From positions 744,001 to 808,000 of the forward strand of contig JAQGDQ010000023.1 in the NCBI GenBank assembly GCA_030141605.1: a stretch of DNA of 64,000 nt. Direction: 5' to 3'. A program made the translations under genes and the position numbers. Of the stretch, positions 50,301-61,700 are shown piece after piece; the first letter of the stretch is position 1, and every line of letters starts with the position of its first letter. The notes under the pieces were generated by a model, which searched no databases, was not told where the DNA came from, and was given only the letters and a program-made list of their open reading frames with translations. Origin of the DNA: Tubiluchus corallicola. Its lineage: Eukaryota; Animalia; Priapulida.

Positions 50301-53300
50301 TGCCGTATTGCTCTGACGAATATCAATCTTCATTGGACTTTCTTCCCCAGTTTCTTCATTACTTGTACTGAAAATAGCAAGGAAACTAATTAAAAAAGAC
50401 AAAAGTAATAATAAACCCACTTATTTAGCCTGTATCAAATTAAAATTTTGGTATTCAGCTGTTAGACACTAAATATATCACAAATCAAACAATTTCATTT
50501 TGCTGATTATTGATAATATTGTTTTTAGTTGAAATCTGTTTAGTGTCAAGCCACCTACTACTGACAGATCAAAATCATATTTTTTATGTAAGCTATAAAA
50601 TAAACTAGGGCATAGAAAAAGTCTGTCACACAAATCAGACAGTTATAGCTAGACAGCCAATGAATTAACTAAAAACTAATACGATTACATTAACACTATT
50701 CTAGTTAAAGAAATGAATACTTTAGAAGGCATACAAAAATCTCATTATTGTTTAAATTTAATAATCGTTTCATCAACATTAATTGATGTAGCATAAATCA
50801 ATAATGCTGATGACATCTTACTATAACATCGTCAAGCCAGCAAGGCTTCATTCATGAAAACTGCAAAAAAATTCAAAAAAAATCCCTGTTTATACCCACC
50901 TAATCATATCATCAATTTTCTTCCTGTGACGTGGAGTGTACAATTCCCTGTCTGGTCGTTTTGAGGGTTTCTTTGCAGGTCTACGGGCACGTTTCTCTTT
51001 CTCTGATTTTGAAATTGTTGTCTCGTCAGCTTGAGTGCCTGATAATGAAATCAGTACTTATCTATTTATGAATTGTTTGTTAAGCTTTTACGAAAGTTCA
51101 ACAAAAAAGGTTTAATGGTTTATTTTAAGCTCAAGGTGATTTTTTGCCAATAAATCATAGCATTTTTAAGCAGTGATCGCTCAATAGCAAAACCTGCATG
51201 TTATCTCATTAGAGGAACAAAGTTGCCCCGAAGAGATTGACATACTTTAAGACTATTGCACTGACAATTAAGATGATACTGAATCACTGTGAAAAAGCAG
51301 CTACTGTCTTACAAAGTATCTGGTTAGAAGTAGTAAAAAATTAATTTTTGACTGACAAGATTAAAATTTTTCTGTGATAATACAAACTTTAAATAAGCAT
51401 ATAGTCAACAAAATACCACGCAACATATTTACAATTTTAATTGGTGAAAAAGTTTTGCACATTTTTAGCTTCATTTTACAGTTTATCTCACAGAGTTCTA
51501 CTTTCGCACTGTGAATTTTATATTCACATTCAGTGAATAAACAAAAATTCAGATACAGATATACTCAAAGACTGTGAAGAACTACCAGCCACAAGCAGGA
51601 AATTAAACAAACACGCGTTAATTATTATTGTTATTATCTAACTGGCCATCACTGGTGCTTATCGATTACTTGCAGCTTAGCAGTGCAGCACTCATAATTA
51701 CAGTATAATTGTTTTTGTGCAATTCTTTAAAAAATTGTAAAAAATCCAAATATGTACAGTTACTGATCCAAAAATTTATAGTTATAAGCTTAATCTATGC
51801 CCTACCACTGTTAAAGGTATCAAATTCCTTTATAACAATAAACCATTGTTATGAATGGCATAACTACAAACTGGCAACCAGTAGTTAGTGGAGTCCCCAG
51901 GTACCCTTAGTGGCCCTTACAGCTTTCTTATTTTTATAAACGACATTACTAATTGTGTATCTCTGCATACAAGCATCCCTTTATTAGTATGATCTTAAGC
52001 CCTATCGCCCAATCTGGGGTGACTTTGACCAATTTATTTTACAAAATGATCTCAATGAAATTGGTGCAATGAATGGTTAAGACTTGAGAGAAGTAAAGGT
52101 TGCTTACACATGTGGAATAAATCTCACACACTATATTATATCAGTGATGGAGTCATAGAAGAGAAATCTGTTGCACGTGATTTAGGCAGTTACAGATCCA
52201 ATAACATAATGCTGAACACCCATGTTAATCATATAATAGCTGAGGCGAATCGCTGAATTGGTATGATCAAACGTTGTGTCATTTCAAGATCTGCTAATGC
52301 GATAGTCCCTCTATACACAAAGCAGTCGTTCATCTTATTTTAGAATTTGCATCAGTAGTATGGTCACCACAGGATAAAGCTCTGAAAGATGATTTGGAGA
52401 AAACTCAAAACATATGTGTGAGGTTAGCCCACGATGCAGATCTTGCAATGATGTCCACTTTGGAACAACACCGATCTTGTCAATTGTTATAAAATTATGA
52501 AAGGAACCTCAGTTTTACAAGAACAAGATTTCATCTCAAGATCACACAGAGAACTATGAGGCCGTGATTCAAAACTCTTCATAGAATATAGCCGAACCAA
52601 CATCCGTTCTCATTTTTTTGCCTCTCGTGTGACCTCTCGTGTGACATCCGTGGAACTCACTCTTAGCTGATACTGTAAATGCACCATTTATCGATAAATT
52701 TAAAATGAATATGAGATGGGACCATACAAGAGTTGAACTCTAGGTCCTGATCTCATTGTAAAGAAGACAGATTACTCTAGAACCGAAAAAAGTAGCGATG
52801 GATGGAACTGACAGTTATAGTATAGTTGGGCACTTCCTTGGGGGCAACTATAATAAGTATCACTGCTTATAATATCAAACGCGATTTTCCTATGCAATTC
52901 TCATTAACATTACATGACAACCTGGTTTTAGACTATTTTACACAGTAAATTATACAAACTATTAATGCGTTTGTAATATTGCTGCAACTTACTTTTAAAT
53001 AAATAAGGTAATAAAATATGTGTTTTAAGACATCTCTGGAGTCACAAATCCGCTAACGTAACCCTTGCTATCACTTTAGACCACAAACATAAAACCCCAA
53101 ACCCGATTTACGATTTGTTAATGTTAGATCACGCAGTTACTTTGTTGGATTATATAATGTAAGTCATAGATGCCTTGACTTGTGAATGTATTTTTGTTTC
53201 ATGACATTACCTCAAAACGTAATTAATAAATTTTACCTGCACGTATAAACTCGATTAAGCATAGAGAAGATAATAATTAATAGGTCAATAAAAAACACGA

Positions 53301-53360
53301 AGTTGACTACGGAAACTTACCATCAACGCCATATGCAGAGTAATGTAAGTCAGCTGCCAT
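26303..53360 (-). CDS. SMG6: SMG6 / EST1A nonsense-mediated decay endonuclease (27 coding exons, about 1879 aa)
   Basis: Exons: 53360-53321, 51038-50900, 50367-49787, 49440-48544, 48327-48268, 47362-47124, 45736-45561, 45046-44936, 44229-43327, 42679-42524, 42250-42148, 41462-41370, 40864-40647, 39995-39917, 39342-39232, 38205-38041, 36806-36745, 36578-36433, 35964-35828, 34154-34033, 33173-32972, 31435-31247, 30339-30211, 29941-29788, 29032-28818, 28390-28309, 26433-26303. They total 5640 nt and are phase-compatible. Motifs: EJC-binding motifs KRPDRELYTP and RRPAQAIYVP; EST1/14-3-3-like domain (EQDMWKRVFY, LGDIARYKEQ, GRVYNQLA, AVYYYMRSL); PIN domain (PDTN, VINELDGL, NNDDIILSCC, VLLTEDKNL) with catalytic aspartates retained. 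The N-terminal low-complexity exons are less certain. Confidence 0.93.
28550..28723. repeat. Short MITE-like element (15-bp perfect inverted repeat)
   Basis: AACCAGGCAACGCAT (28550-28564) / ATGCGTTGCCTGGTT (28709-28723). Confidence 0.5.
29222..29370 (-). mobile_element. tRNA(Gly)-derived SINE
   Basis: Head GCATAGCTCGATGGTAGTATGCTCGCTTCCCATACGGGAGGTGGCGGGTTGAACTCCCGGCC (A box, Gly-CCC-like arm, B-box-like), body GAGTCATATCGAAGACTTAAAAATG..., and an (AAT)n tail. Confidence 0.7.
32635..32718. repeat. 36-bp near-perfect hairpin
   Basis: AAAAGATACAATAATAAAAAATTATAGATGAAACTA (32635-32670) / TAGTTTCATCTGTAATTTTTTATTATTGTATCTTTT (32683-32718), with one mismatch. Confidence 0.85.
32715..32760 (+). 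ncRNA. Degenerate minimal hammerhead-ribozyme-like motif
   Basis: CTGGTGA-G-GTCC-GAGA-GGAC-GAAA-GCTTC: CUGANGA-like box (A>G), stem II capped by a GNRA loop, GAAA box, and a palindromic AAGCTT stem III. Confidence 0.5.
34298..35079. mobile_element. hAT-superfamily MITE
   Basis: TIRs CAGGGTTGCTACCGAAA / TTTCGGTAACATCCCTG, perfect 8-bp TSD CCAACAAG (34290-34297 and 35080-35087), and subterminal ACCGAAA repeats. Confidence 0.9.
38615..38832. repeat. Tandem repeat, 3 x 71 bp
   Basis: Unit CAAATCACTTGCAATGTGAAAATCTTGCCTAAACTTTGTTATGCATGACTGTAAAGGTATTCAATTTGAAA starts at 38615, 38686 and 38757. The copies are almost identical. Confidence 0.95.
44835..44909. repeat. Tandem duplication of about 38 bp
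   Basis: aaga(c/t)tgggt..ggttttcttataaaatagaaatgtt occurs twice. Confidence 0.8.
50016..50279 (-). repeat. Coding minisatellite, 8 x 33 bp (K[Q/H]SPNQSNNVG), in SMG6 exon 3
   Basis: Directly visible in the DNA and in the translation of ORF 49755..50420. Confidence 0.95.
52040..52715 (+). mobile_element. 3' fragment of a CR1 LINE related to the 14290-18112 element
   Basis: EEKSVARDLG, IIAEANR*IGMIKRC, SRSANAIVPLY, ILEFASVVWSP, KLFIEYSRTNIRSHFFASRV parallel the 17580-18100 translation. Confidence 0.8.
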
Positions 53361-53619
53361 TTTATTTAATGTGCCGTATGAAACAAAAACAATATCTAGG
53401 CTAGAATCAGAGCTATTTCCATCACCTTCGTCCATAATCGACGAAACGTAAACGATTAAAAAGGAATATCTTTCAAATCTTTGAAAAATGGTGTTTAACG
53501 TGCATAAGCAGTCAACTTCGTACTTCACGAATATTTAATGTTTGCAGTCAAATCGCAGAAAGCACAGAACCATAGATATTCATGATACAAGGCGTCAGTA
53601 TCAAATCAAAATCTTCAAG

Positions 53620-54372
53620 TAAACCAGCCACTAAAATAGAAGAGTAATAATATTGAAATAATCAAAGATGAAAATTTAATAGATAATACAAAAATCAAAA
53701 TAGAAACAAAAGTAAAAGAAATGGATCTGATATTAAAGAAATATAAAACAGAAAATTATCACAAAAGGAATGGAGATGATGCTTGAAGAAAATGCAAATA
53801 CCCAGGCAGTCTTCTAGCAACTGATGAAGATCTAGCAAGAAGAAAAATATTAACACTAGCTGCATATTCCAAATTAACAAAAAATTTTGAAAGTAAGACG
53901 ATCAGTCTAGAAACAAAGTTAAGAATCTTTGCTGCACTTGTGGAAACGGTATTTCTCTACAACTTAGAATTATGGACAATCAACGCACAACACAAATCAG
54001 AAATTGATGCGTTTCAAAGAACAAACTACAGAAACATTCAAGGAATAAAATGGCTAAAGAAAAGGCTATGAATAAATCTATATAATAAAGTCAAGGCAGG
54101 GAAATAGACAGTTAAAATCAAAAGGAGAAGATTGAGAGGACATAAGTTATATGACAGCCCATTGAAATTAGCTTTCAAAGGAGACTATAAGAAGAAAAGA
54201 AACCGCAACAGCTGACTTACATAAATTTCATCCAAAAAAATCTTATCAGCACGCCATTGTATATAGATATCAATACAGAGACATGGGAAGTTGCAGGTGA
54301 CAGGGCAGCATGGACTAAAATGATTGCAAGTTTCATGTCAGAAGACGTGTGATTCCAGAGATGATGACGATA
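53620..54372 (+). mobile_element. 5'-truncated RTE-clade LINE fragment
   Basis: KCKYPGSLLATDEDLARRKILTLAAYSKL, ISLETKLRIFAALVETVFLYNLELW, IDAFQR, ..DRAAW..FMSEDV*, then a gatgatgac tail. Confidence 0.8.
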
Positions 54373-54684
54373 AATAGTATTGCAAGAGATGGTAAACAGT
54401 CAGGGAAAACGTGTAAATATATGAGCACTCTTCTAAACACTGAAGTTGATATTAAAAATAGAAGACAGCAAACAATTGGTACTTTTCTTTAGCGCGAGAA
54501 TGTACTAGCCATAAATATTTATAATACAACGTAAGTCCTGTGGTATTAACTAAAAAGAAATTAAGTCTTAACATAAGACTTTGATTATTTAATGCACACG
54601 TTAGCACTATACCTATGTACAACAGTGAACAGTGAAAATGGGACCAATTACTCAAGAAATATAGATTGACACATTTCATGGATA

Positions 54685-54768
<84 letters not shown>

Positions 54769-54781
54769 TACTATTATTATT
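54685..54781. repeat. (ATT)n microsatellite
   Basis: About 32 trinucleotide units, directly visible. Confidence 0.97.
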
Positions 54782-54819
54782 GGTTATTGTTTTCATTATC
54801 ATTTTTATCATTTTTATTA

Positions 54820-55340
<521 letters not shown>

Positions 55341-57275
55341 TCATACAATAACAAAACATGTACGCAGAACGTACGTTAGCAGTTCTATTCCATAATATAT
55401 GTCACTTATCCCTCTTTCTCTTTATTCCCTCTCCCTCTCTATTCCTCTTTTGCTCTATTTCTCCCGAATATCTCTCCTTCTCGTCCTCTCCTGTCCCCTC
55501 TCTCTTTCTCTCTTCTTTCTCTCTCTATCCCTCACATCTTCTTTATCTTTTCTTTTTCTCTCCTTTCTTCTCTCTCCCTCTCACTGCATTGTGTAATTTG
55601 CTGTATATAATCACTTCAAATTCAATTGATTTTCATAGCATTGAAATAAAGTTTAATAATGATGATGATGTTGATGACGATGATGATGACGATGATGATC
55701 ATGATGATAAGAATAAAAAATAGATTTGTGAATATCTTGTGGCCAACATTTACCCAGAAATTGCGAAATTTTTTACATGTTCTTTTATGACAGGACCAAA
55801 TCTTAGTTCATTATCAAGATAAGCGTCTGAGATGAAATATTGAACTGGCAGAATTTCACAAGCTGCAAATGCACAAGGTTTCATGTGCACCGTTTCATAG
55901 ATTAGGTCAAAAACACACAGTAAAAGTTTGCAATGGGTTTCAAATGCGGTGAGTGCATGTGCAAATTATCGCATTGTACATTTCATGAACATTGTTTAAC
56001 ATAAACACATAATAATTTTGTTAATTTAAAACTTTCTGATAAATGTGACATGAGTCACACGCATGCGTCAAAAACGCACAAGTAAACTGTACATGCGATG
56101 CGATTCTATGACTTAAGCGTTACACGCATGCACAAGTCGCATGTTCTAATTTCTTGCGACATCGGTAAACGGGACGCAGGAGTCCTGTCGAACAGGCAAG
56201 TGAGATATGGTCAAGTGTTCAGTTCACTTCGAAGAACGATAATAACATTGATAACAGCACGGCATCCCCTGTGGACTGGTGGCAAAGCAATCGACGTCTA
56301 ACATGACGTCAATCATTTTCGTTGACTGCCCAATCAGCGTGCCAAGTTAATTCACACTCCTGCAAAGCTTAATTAACGTTTAATTAATTAATGTAGATAA
56401 ATGTTCGGGACATTTAGCTACAGCTCCGTCTAACACTGTTATGAAAAATACTCAACTTTTCATTAGTTAGCGGGAGAAATATTGGCCTGGTTCTAGACTT
56501 CATTATTGTCAATTGAAATTGCAAGCGAGTTGGTGGAAATGCATAGCCTAGTTTCGTTTATAGGACGAAATGCACAACGCTTATGTCTATGACTTGCTGA
56601 TTAAACCATTTTGTAATCAAAGAAATACCCAGTTTAGTTTTGTTTATGGCTTTGCAAGTTAAGTAAAAACAACTTGATTAACTTTAAATAAGGTCAAAAC
56701 AAAATGTTTTCTTTTCTGGCCTGTTTTTATAAACCTCAATCAGATTTTCACAGTTAAAATTAATTAAAATGTGGTCAAAACCGATATTATATATTAATGT
56801 AATATTAGTTAATTTTACGCTATTTTTTGTTTATAGTCATGGTTAAAAGATGCCATTGGGACTTATGTAACTCAATATAAGGGTCGTCGATGGAATGAAA
56901 CAATCAAATTTATTCCATTTCCATAGCCTAACAAACGGAAAAAATTCAAAAACTGAATAAATCTTACAGACGAGCACATGATGTTAATATCGCAGTCATG
57001 ATATGTTTAAAGGCAAGAGAGACTTAATATTTTTGTTTCTCATTTATTGTAAAGCAAGGCTAACTGGCTAAGTTTCTTTTTTATTATACTTATGTCTCTG
57101 TATTTTGTAGTGCCTTGAAACTTCGTCTCTACATTTTGTTTAAATTGGAAAGTCATTTTTGGCTACTTGAAGTGTTAATTTCGTGTAAAAATAGCTGCTG
57201 CTCTGCAAATTTGCGTTTATGGAAAAGTGCAATCAGTTTATCTGCTGATTAGACATTAGATGTGACTGTCATGTT

Positions 57276-57594
57276 GTTTAGTTTAGTTTAGTTTAGTTTA
57301 GTTCAGTTCAGCTCAGTTCAGTTCAGTTCAGTTCAGTTCCAGTTCCAGTTCCAGTTCCAGTTCCAGTTTCAGTTTCAGTTTCAGTTTCAGTTCCAGTTCC
57401 AGTTTCAGTTCCAGTTCCAGTTCCAGTTTCAGTTCCAGTTCCAGTTCCAGTTTCAGTTTCAGTTTCGGTTCCAGTTCAGTTCAGTTCAGTTCAGTTCAGT
57501 TCAGTTCAGTTCAGTTCAGTTCAGTTCAGTTCAGTTCAGTTCAGTTCAGTTCAGTTCAGTTCAGTTCAGTTCATTTCATTTCAGTTCAGTTCAG
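57276..57594. repeat. Compound penta/hexanucleotide satellite (GTTTA/GTTCA/GTTCCA/GTTTCA)
   Basis: Directly visible. Confidence 0.95.
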
Positions 57595-58764
57595 ACAGTT
57601 GTTGTCCAGATGAGCTGTTGTGCCGAATGCCGCCTAGCGTGCTGACGTGCAGCGGAGGCGGAGCGATAGACCAATATGTTTGACGTCAATTGGGCAACAT
57701 TGATATCAGGTATCGCAAATATGATATACACAACATTAATCAGTATCTGATTGTGTGATTTAACTTTATTTATATTAACTGTTGAAGTTTTGTTCCTTTT
57801 ATAAATCATTCAATGGGATTGAAAAATAAGCAGTATTTTGGAGTTCTACACTAGTAATACTACTGTGGTAATTTATCTACAAAGATACTACACATCGTAA
57901 GAGACACTAAACAGTTGGAAAATAAATCTACATTTGACACAGCACTGGTCGACACACGCACGCCTATGACACACCGTGTAAATAGGCCCTAACTAGCGAA
58001 TGATGAATGCATGTAACAGGGAAGAACTAGCTGCGCGAACGCAAAATTAGTTTCGCGGTTCTAATTCTTTCACGTCAGTTATTCTTGAAAAAATAATATG
58101 TTCCATTTCAATATTTTATAGGTAGATTGCTTTTGAGCTATTGGGCCTATAGCTCAATATGGAATCATTTTCCTTTAAATAAAAATTGTAATTATATGCA
58201 GACACATAAAATAAATTAGATCACTTTTTATGTCGTTTGGGGACCGGAGCTTTGTTGCTGTAAACTTTCCTGTACAAAAATTAACGTGGAAAACAGTTGT
58301 AATAATGAGTGAGAGCTAAATAGTTTTATTGAACACGAAAAAGATTACTATATTACAAATACCAACAGGACACTTATTAACAGTGTTATTGTGCTACGCA
58401 ACTGGTCTAGTAAGGTTGTAACAATTACAATACAGGCCAAATTTTCACTTGAACTGTGACTGTGACAATACAGTTACTATATTTTTTCGTTTCGTGATTT
58501 GATTCCCATTTGTTTGTTAACGCTTGTTAATTTGCCAATAAACGCGAAGAGGTGAAAACTCGTTCTTGCTAGACAAAGTGGGATTAGGTTTATATATTGT
58601 CTGACATTTTTAACTTGTTACGTTGTTTAGGATCAAATCGCAGTATCATTAATGGTAAATAAATATACGCCTAATTTCTGCAAGTAAAAGGTAAAAAACC
58701 TGCTTTTTAGTTAGATGTATTAAACTAACGAAAAACTCTGTATGGTTTTTTGAAATTTGCAATA

Positions 58765-61700
58765 TTAGTTTTCATCTGGTCCAAATGTTGCGATAGTGTT
58801 CTCTAGATACCTGTAAAACAAAGAAAACAAGAACATAGCAGCATACCAAAAAATTTAGAGATACAACATTACATTTTCCATAGTTTGCTGTCAGGTATCA
58901 AAAATCTTGAATGGCAATATGAATTTTATTAAATTTTGATAAAGTTATTTCTGACTAGAAGACTTAGCAAGTAGAAACTACTGAAACGAAATGCATCTGA
59001 CGGGTTTATTTTTAATTATTTTAACTGTTAATTTAAAATAAAGCAATAAATTGCTTCGAAACTTTTTCAACAAACGAAAATTAGATGAAATGTAAAATAA
59101 ATTCTATAAGAGACTGTGAATCGCACTTCGCATTAATTTACTGAAACTTATAACTGTTCGTCGATGGCATACTATAAGAGTGAATAAAAATTTAATATCC
59201 AAAGGTAAACAACATTACAAGTGGACCAAGCAGCATGTAGCGAAATACAAGCTACAATAAATCAGCACAAGCACAAGAGAATTATTGCACAACCAGCAAT
59301 AACTAGCAAACTAGCACAAGCGCAACTATCAATAACTAGCACAAGCACAGCAGAAATACATTCACAAGCTCGACCACCAATATTTAGTACAAGCACAACT
59401 CAGCAGTAAACCAACGATTAGGCCAAACACAGCAGAACTACATTACCAGCACAACAAACAATAACCGACACAAACATAACAAAACTGAATTCACTAGCAC
59501 AATCATCAATAACTAGCACAAGGACAAATGGACTATGTTATCTACAAGCACATTAATAACTAGAAGCAGATAGTCGTCGTGGTCGATGAAAACTTGGGGT
59601 ATTCATGTCATACTGTATTTAAACCGTTGGTTGTTTACAACAGATAAAAACGTTGACCATTACATCGTCTCTGACTGCCTGTGTTAATTGTAAACTGTCA
59701 CTATTCGAGCATCTTTGAAACGTTTTAGATTCCAGTACAAAGTGAAAAAAGACAGCAGCTTTTTTGTCAATGCAGTGCTACCAAAGAGAGCAAGCGTTGT
59801 GAGCTCATAAAATTGTGTTCTGGGATCTATTCTGAGTCAATATTTGCATTAATTGGCACAGCAGTGACATTACCAGTAGACAGGTTGATTAAGAAGGGTG
59901 TCAAAGTGTTTCTTCCATCTGACCGAAATGGCCCATTTTTCTAAAATCTAAATCCACAAGCACAACCAACAATAACCAGCGAAACAAAACCACGTCTACA
60001 CGCACAATCAACAATAACCAGCGAAACAAAACCACGTCTACACGCACAATCAACAATAACCAGCGAAACAAAACCACGTCTACACGCACAATCAACAATA
60101 ACCAGTGAAACAAAACCACGTCTACACGCACAATCAACAATAATTAGCCCAATCACAAGCAGCGCTAATTAGCATAAGCACAAGCTCATGAGAACTACAT
60201 TTGCAAGCTCAGCTAGCATTAAGTAACACAAACGCAACAAAAATACATTCATTAGCACAACCACAAATTACTAACACAACAGAATTACATCCATGTGATA
60301 AGAACCTCGTGTACTATTTGCAAAGAAACTAATTTCAAGGCAATGTCAAAATTAAACTCAAACCTAATGTAATCCTCTTTATTCCACATTGCATCACGGT
60401 CTTTGCATAATATAACATCGCAACAGTCTGGGTAGCGTTTTTCAGTGAATCTTGTTGTATAACAACCGGGTTTATTAATTGGTGCCATCTTACCACAGCT
60501 GAAAAAGAAATAACATTTTATATTACATGGGAGTTTATTGTGGGAGTTAGCTATTTGTGCAGTTGTTGGAAACTGTTGCCATCTAATTCTAGTTTCGTAA
60601 GATTTCTACTAGCTTATTTAGCCTGTAACATAATTGTATGGTCCAGTGAGTGCATACCTGCATATTCTTTTCCTACTCTGAAATAATAGTTGCTGTGAAG
60701 CCTGAGCAAGTGTTCATAGCTTTAGGGTTATGCTCAAAATTCTGGCTGTAACTGAGTTCTAGTTTTGCTAAAATGTGGCAAAATGCAACAGTTTTTATCT
60801 TATATTTATGTATTAAAATAAACTTTTTTGGTTGGCGCACTCAAATCAGAATTGTGTGAATGTGACCAAAAAAAGTATGCCACTGCCATCTAAGCTGATT
60901 TTAATCAATCTAAAGGTAATTTAAAGTCCATTTAAATTGAAGTTACGTTTTGGTGGTATAGGACCATCCTCTGACACCGGCCTGTATGATTTAGTTTTTT
61001 GATTTTGTGATCTGTTTTATGTTCACTGGATATGTCTTTCCTTATGCCATAAGGTATATAAATAACGAATTTTTAGAAGTGTAGCTAAATTTTATTTCCG
61101 TCTTGGATTTTGCATCTTTTGGTGGCAGGTTTGGCAACTTCCTTTATATTTTTTCTATTTTGAGACAGAATTCATCACATGTCCATTCAAAACTGACGAA
61201 AGTAAGAGTAACAGTAGCAGAACTGACCTGCTCCAAAGCTTGTTCTGGTTAATGTGCTATTCGTTGGCTGGTTTATTGTTTTCTGCTTGTAGTTGTAAGT
61301 CAAGCTCTAGGCGCATCTACGACCTTTTTTAATTGTTTATTTTTATTTTAGGTGTAAATCAATACACAAAGTACTGTGTAAAACAAATAAACAATGCAGA
61401 ATATCTTTAGGTAGTACATACAGACAGTGCATCCACATCAACATTATTTTAACTTATTCATTTAGTTTTTGTAATTATTTTAGTAAGGTAACTTTATTTA
61501 AACCAAATAATCTTGCAGTTACTTATTGAATCGTAATGGCATTTGCTGTTACTAAGTAAATCCGATCATGTGATTGTTTTTTAATGTAATGGTGTTTTTT
61601 ATTGCAATGGTTTAAAAATTACAATTGAATTGCCTATTTATATCCAAAGTTATATTCATAACTACTGGAGATTTGCTAATGCTGCTTTTGTAATTGTATT

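Noticed and set aside
59901-60156. Repetitive hydrophobic/Cys ORFs and a CRISPR-like periodicity
   Set aside because: Head-to-tail 42-bp units with no unique spacers, located in a eukaryotic intron.
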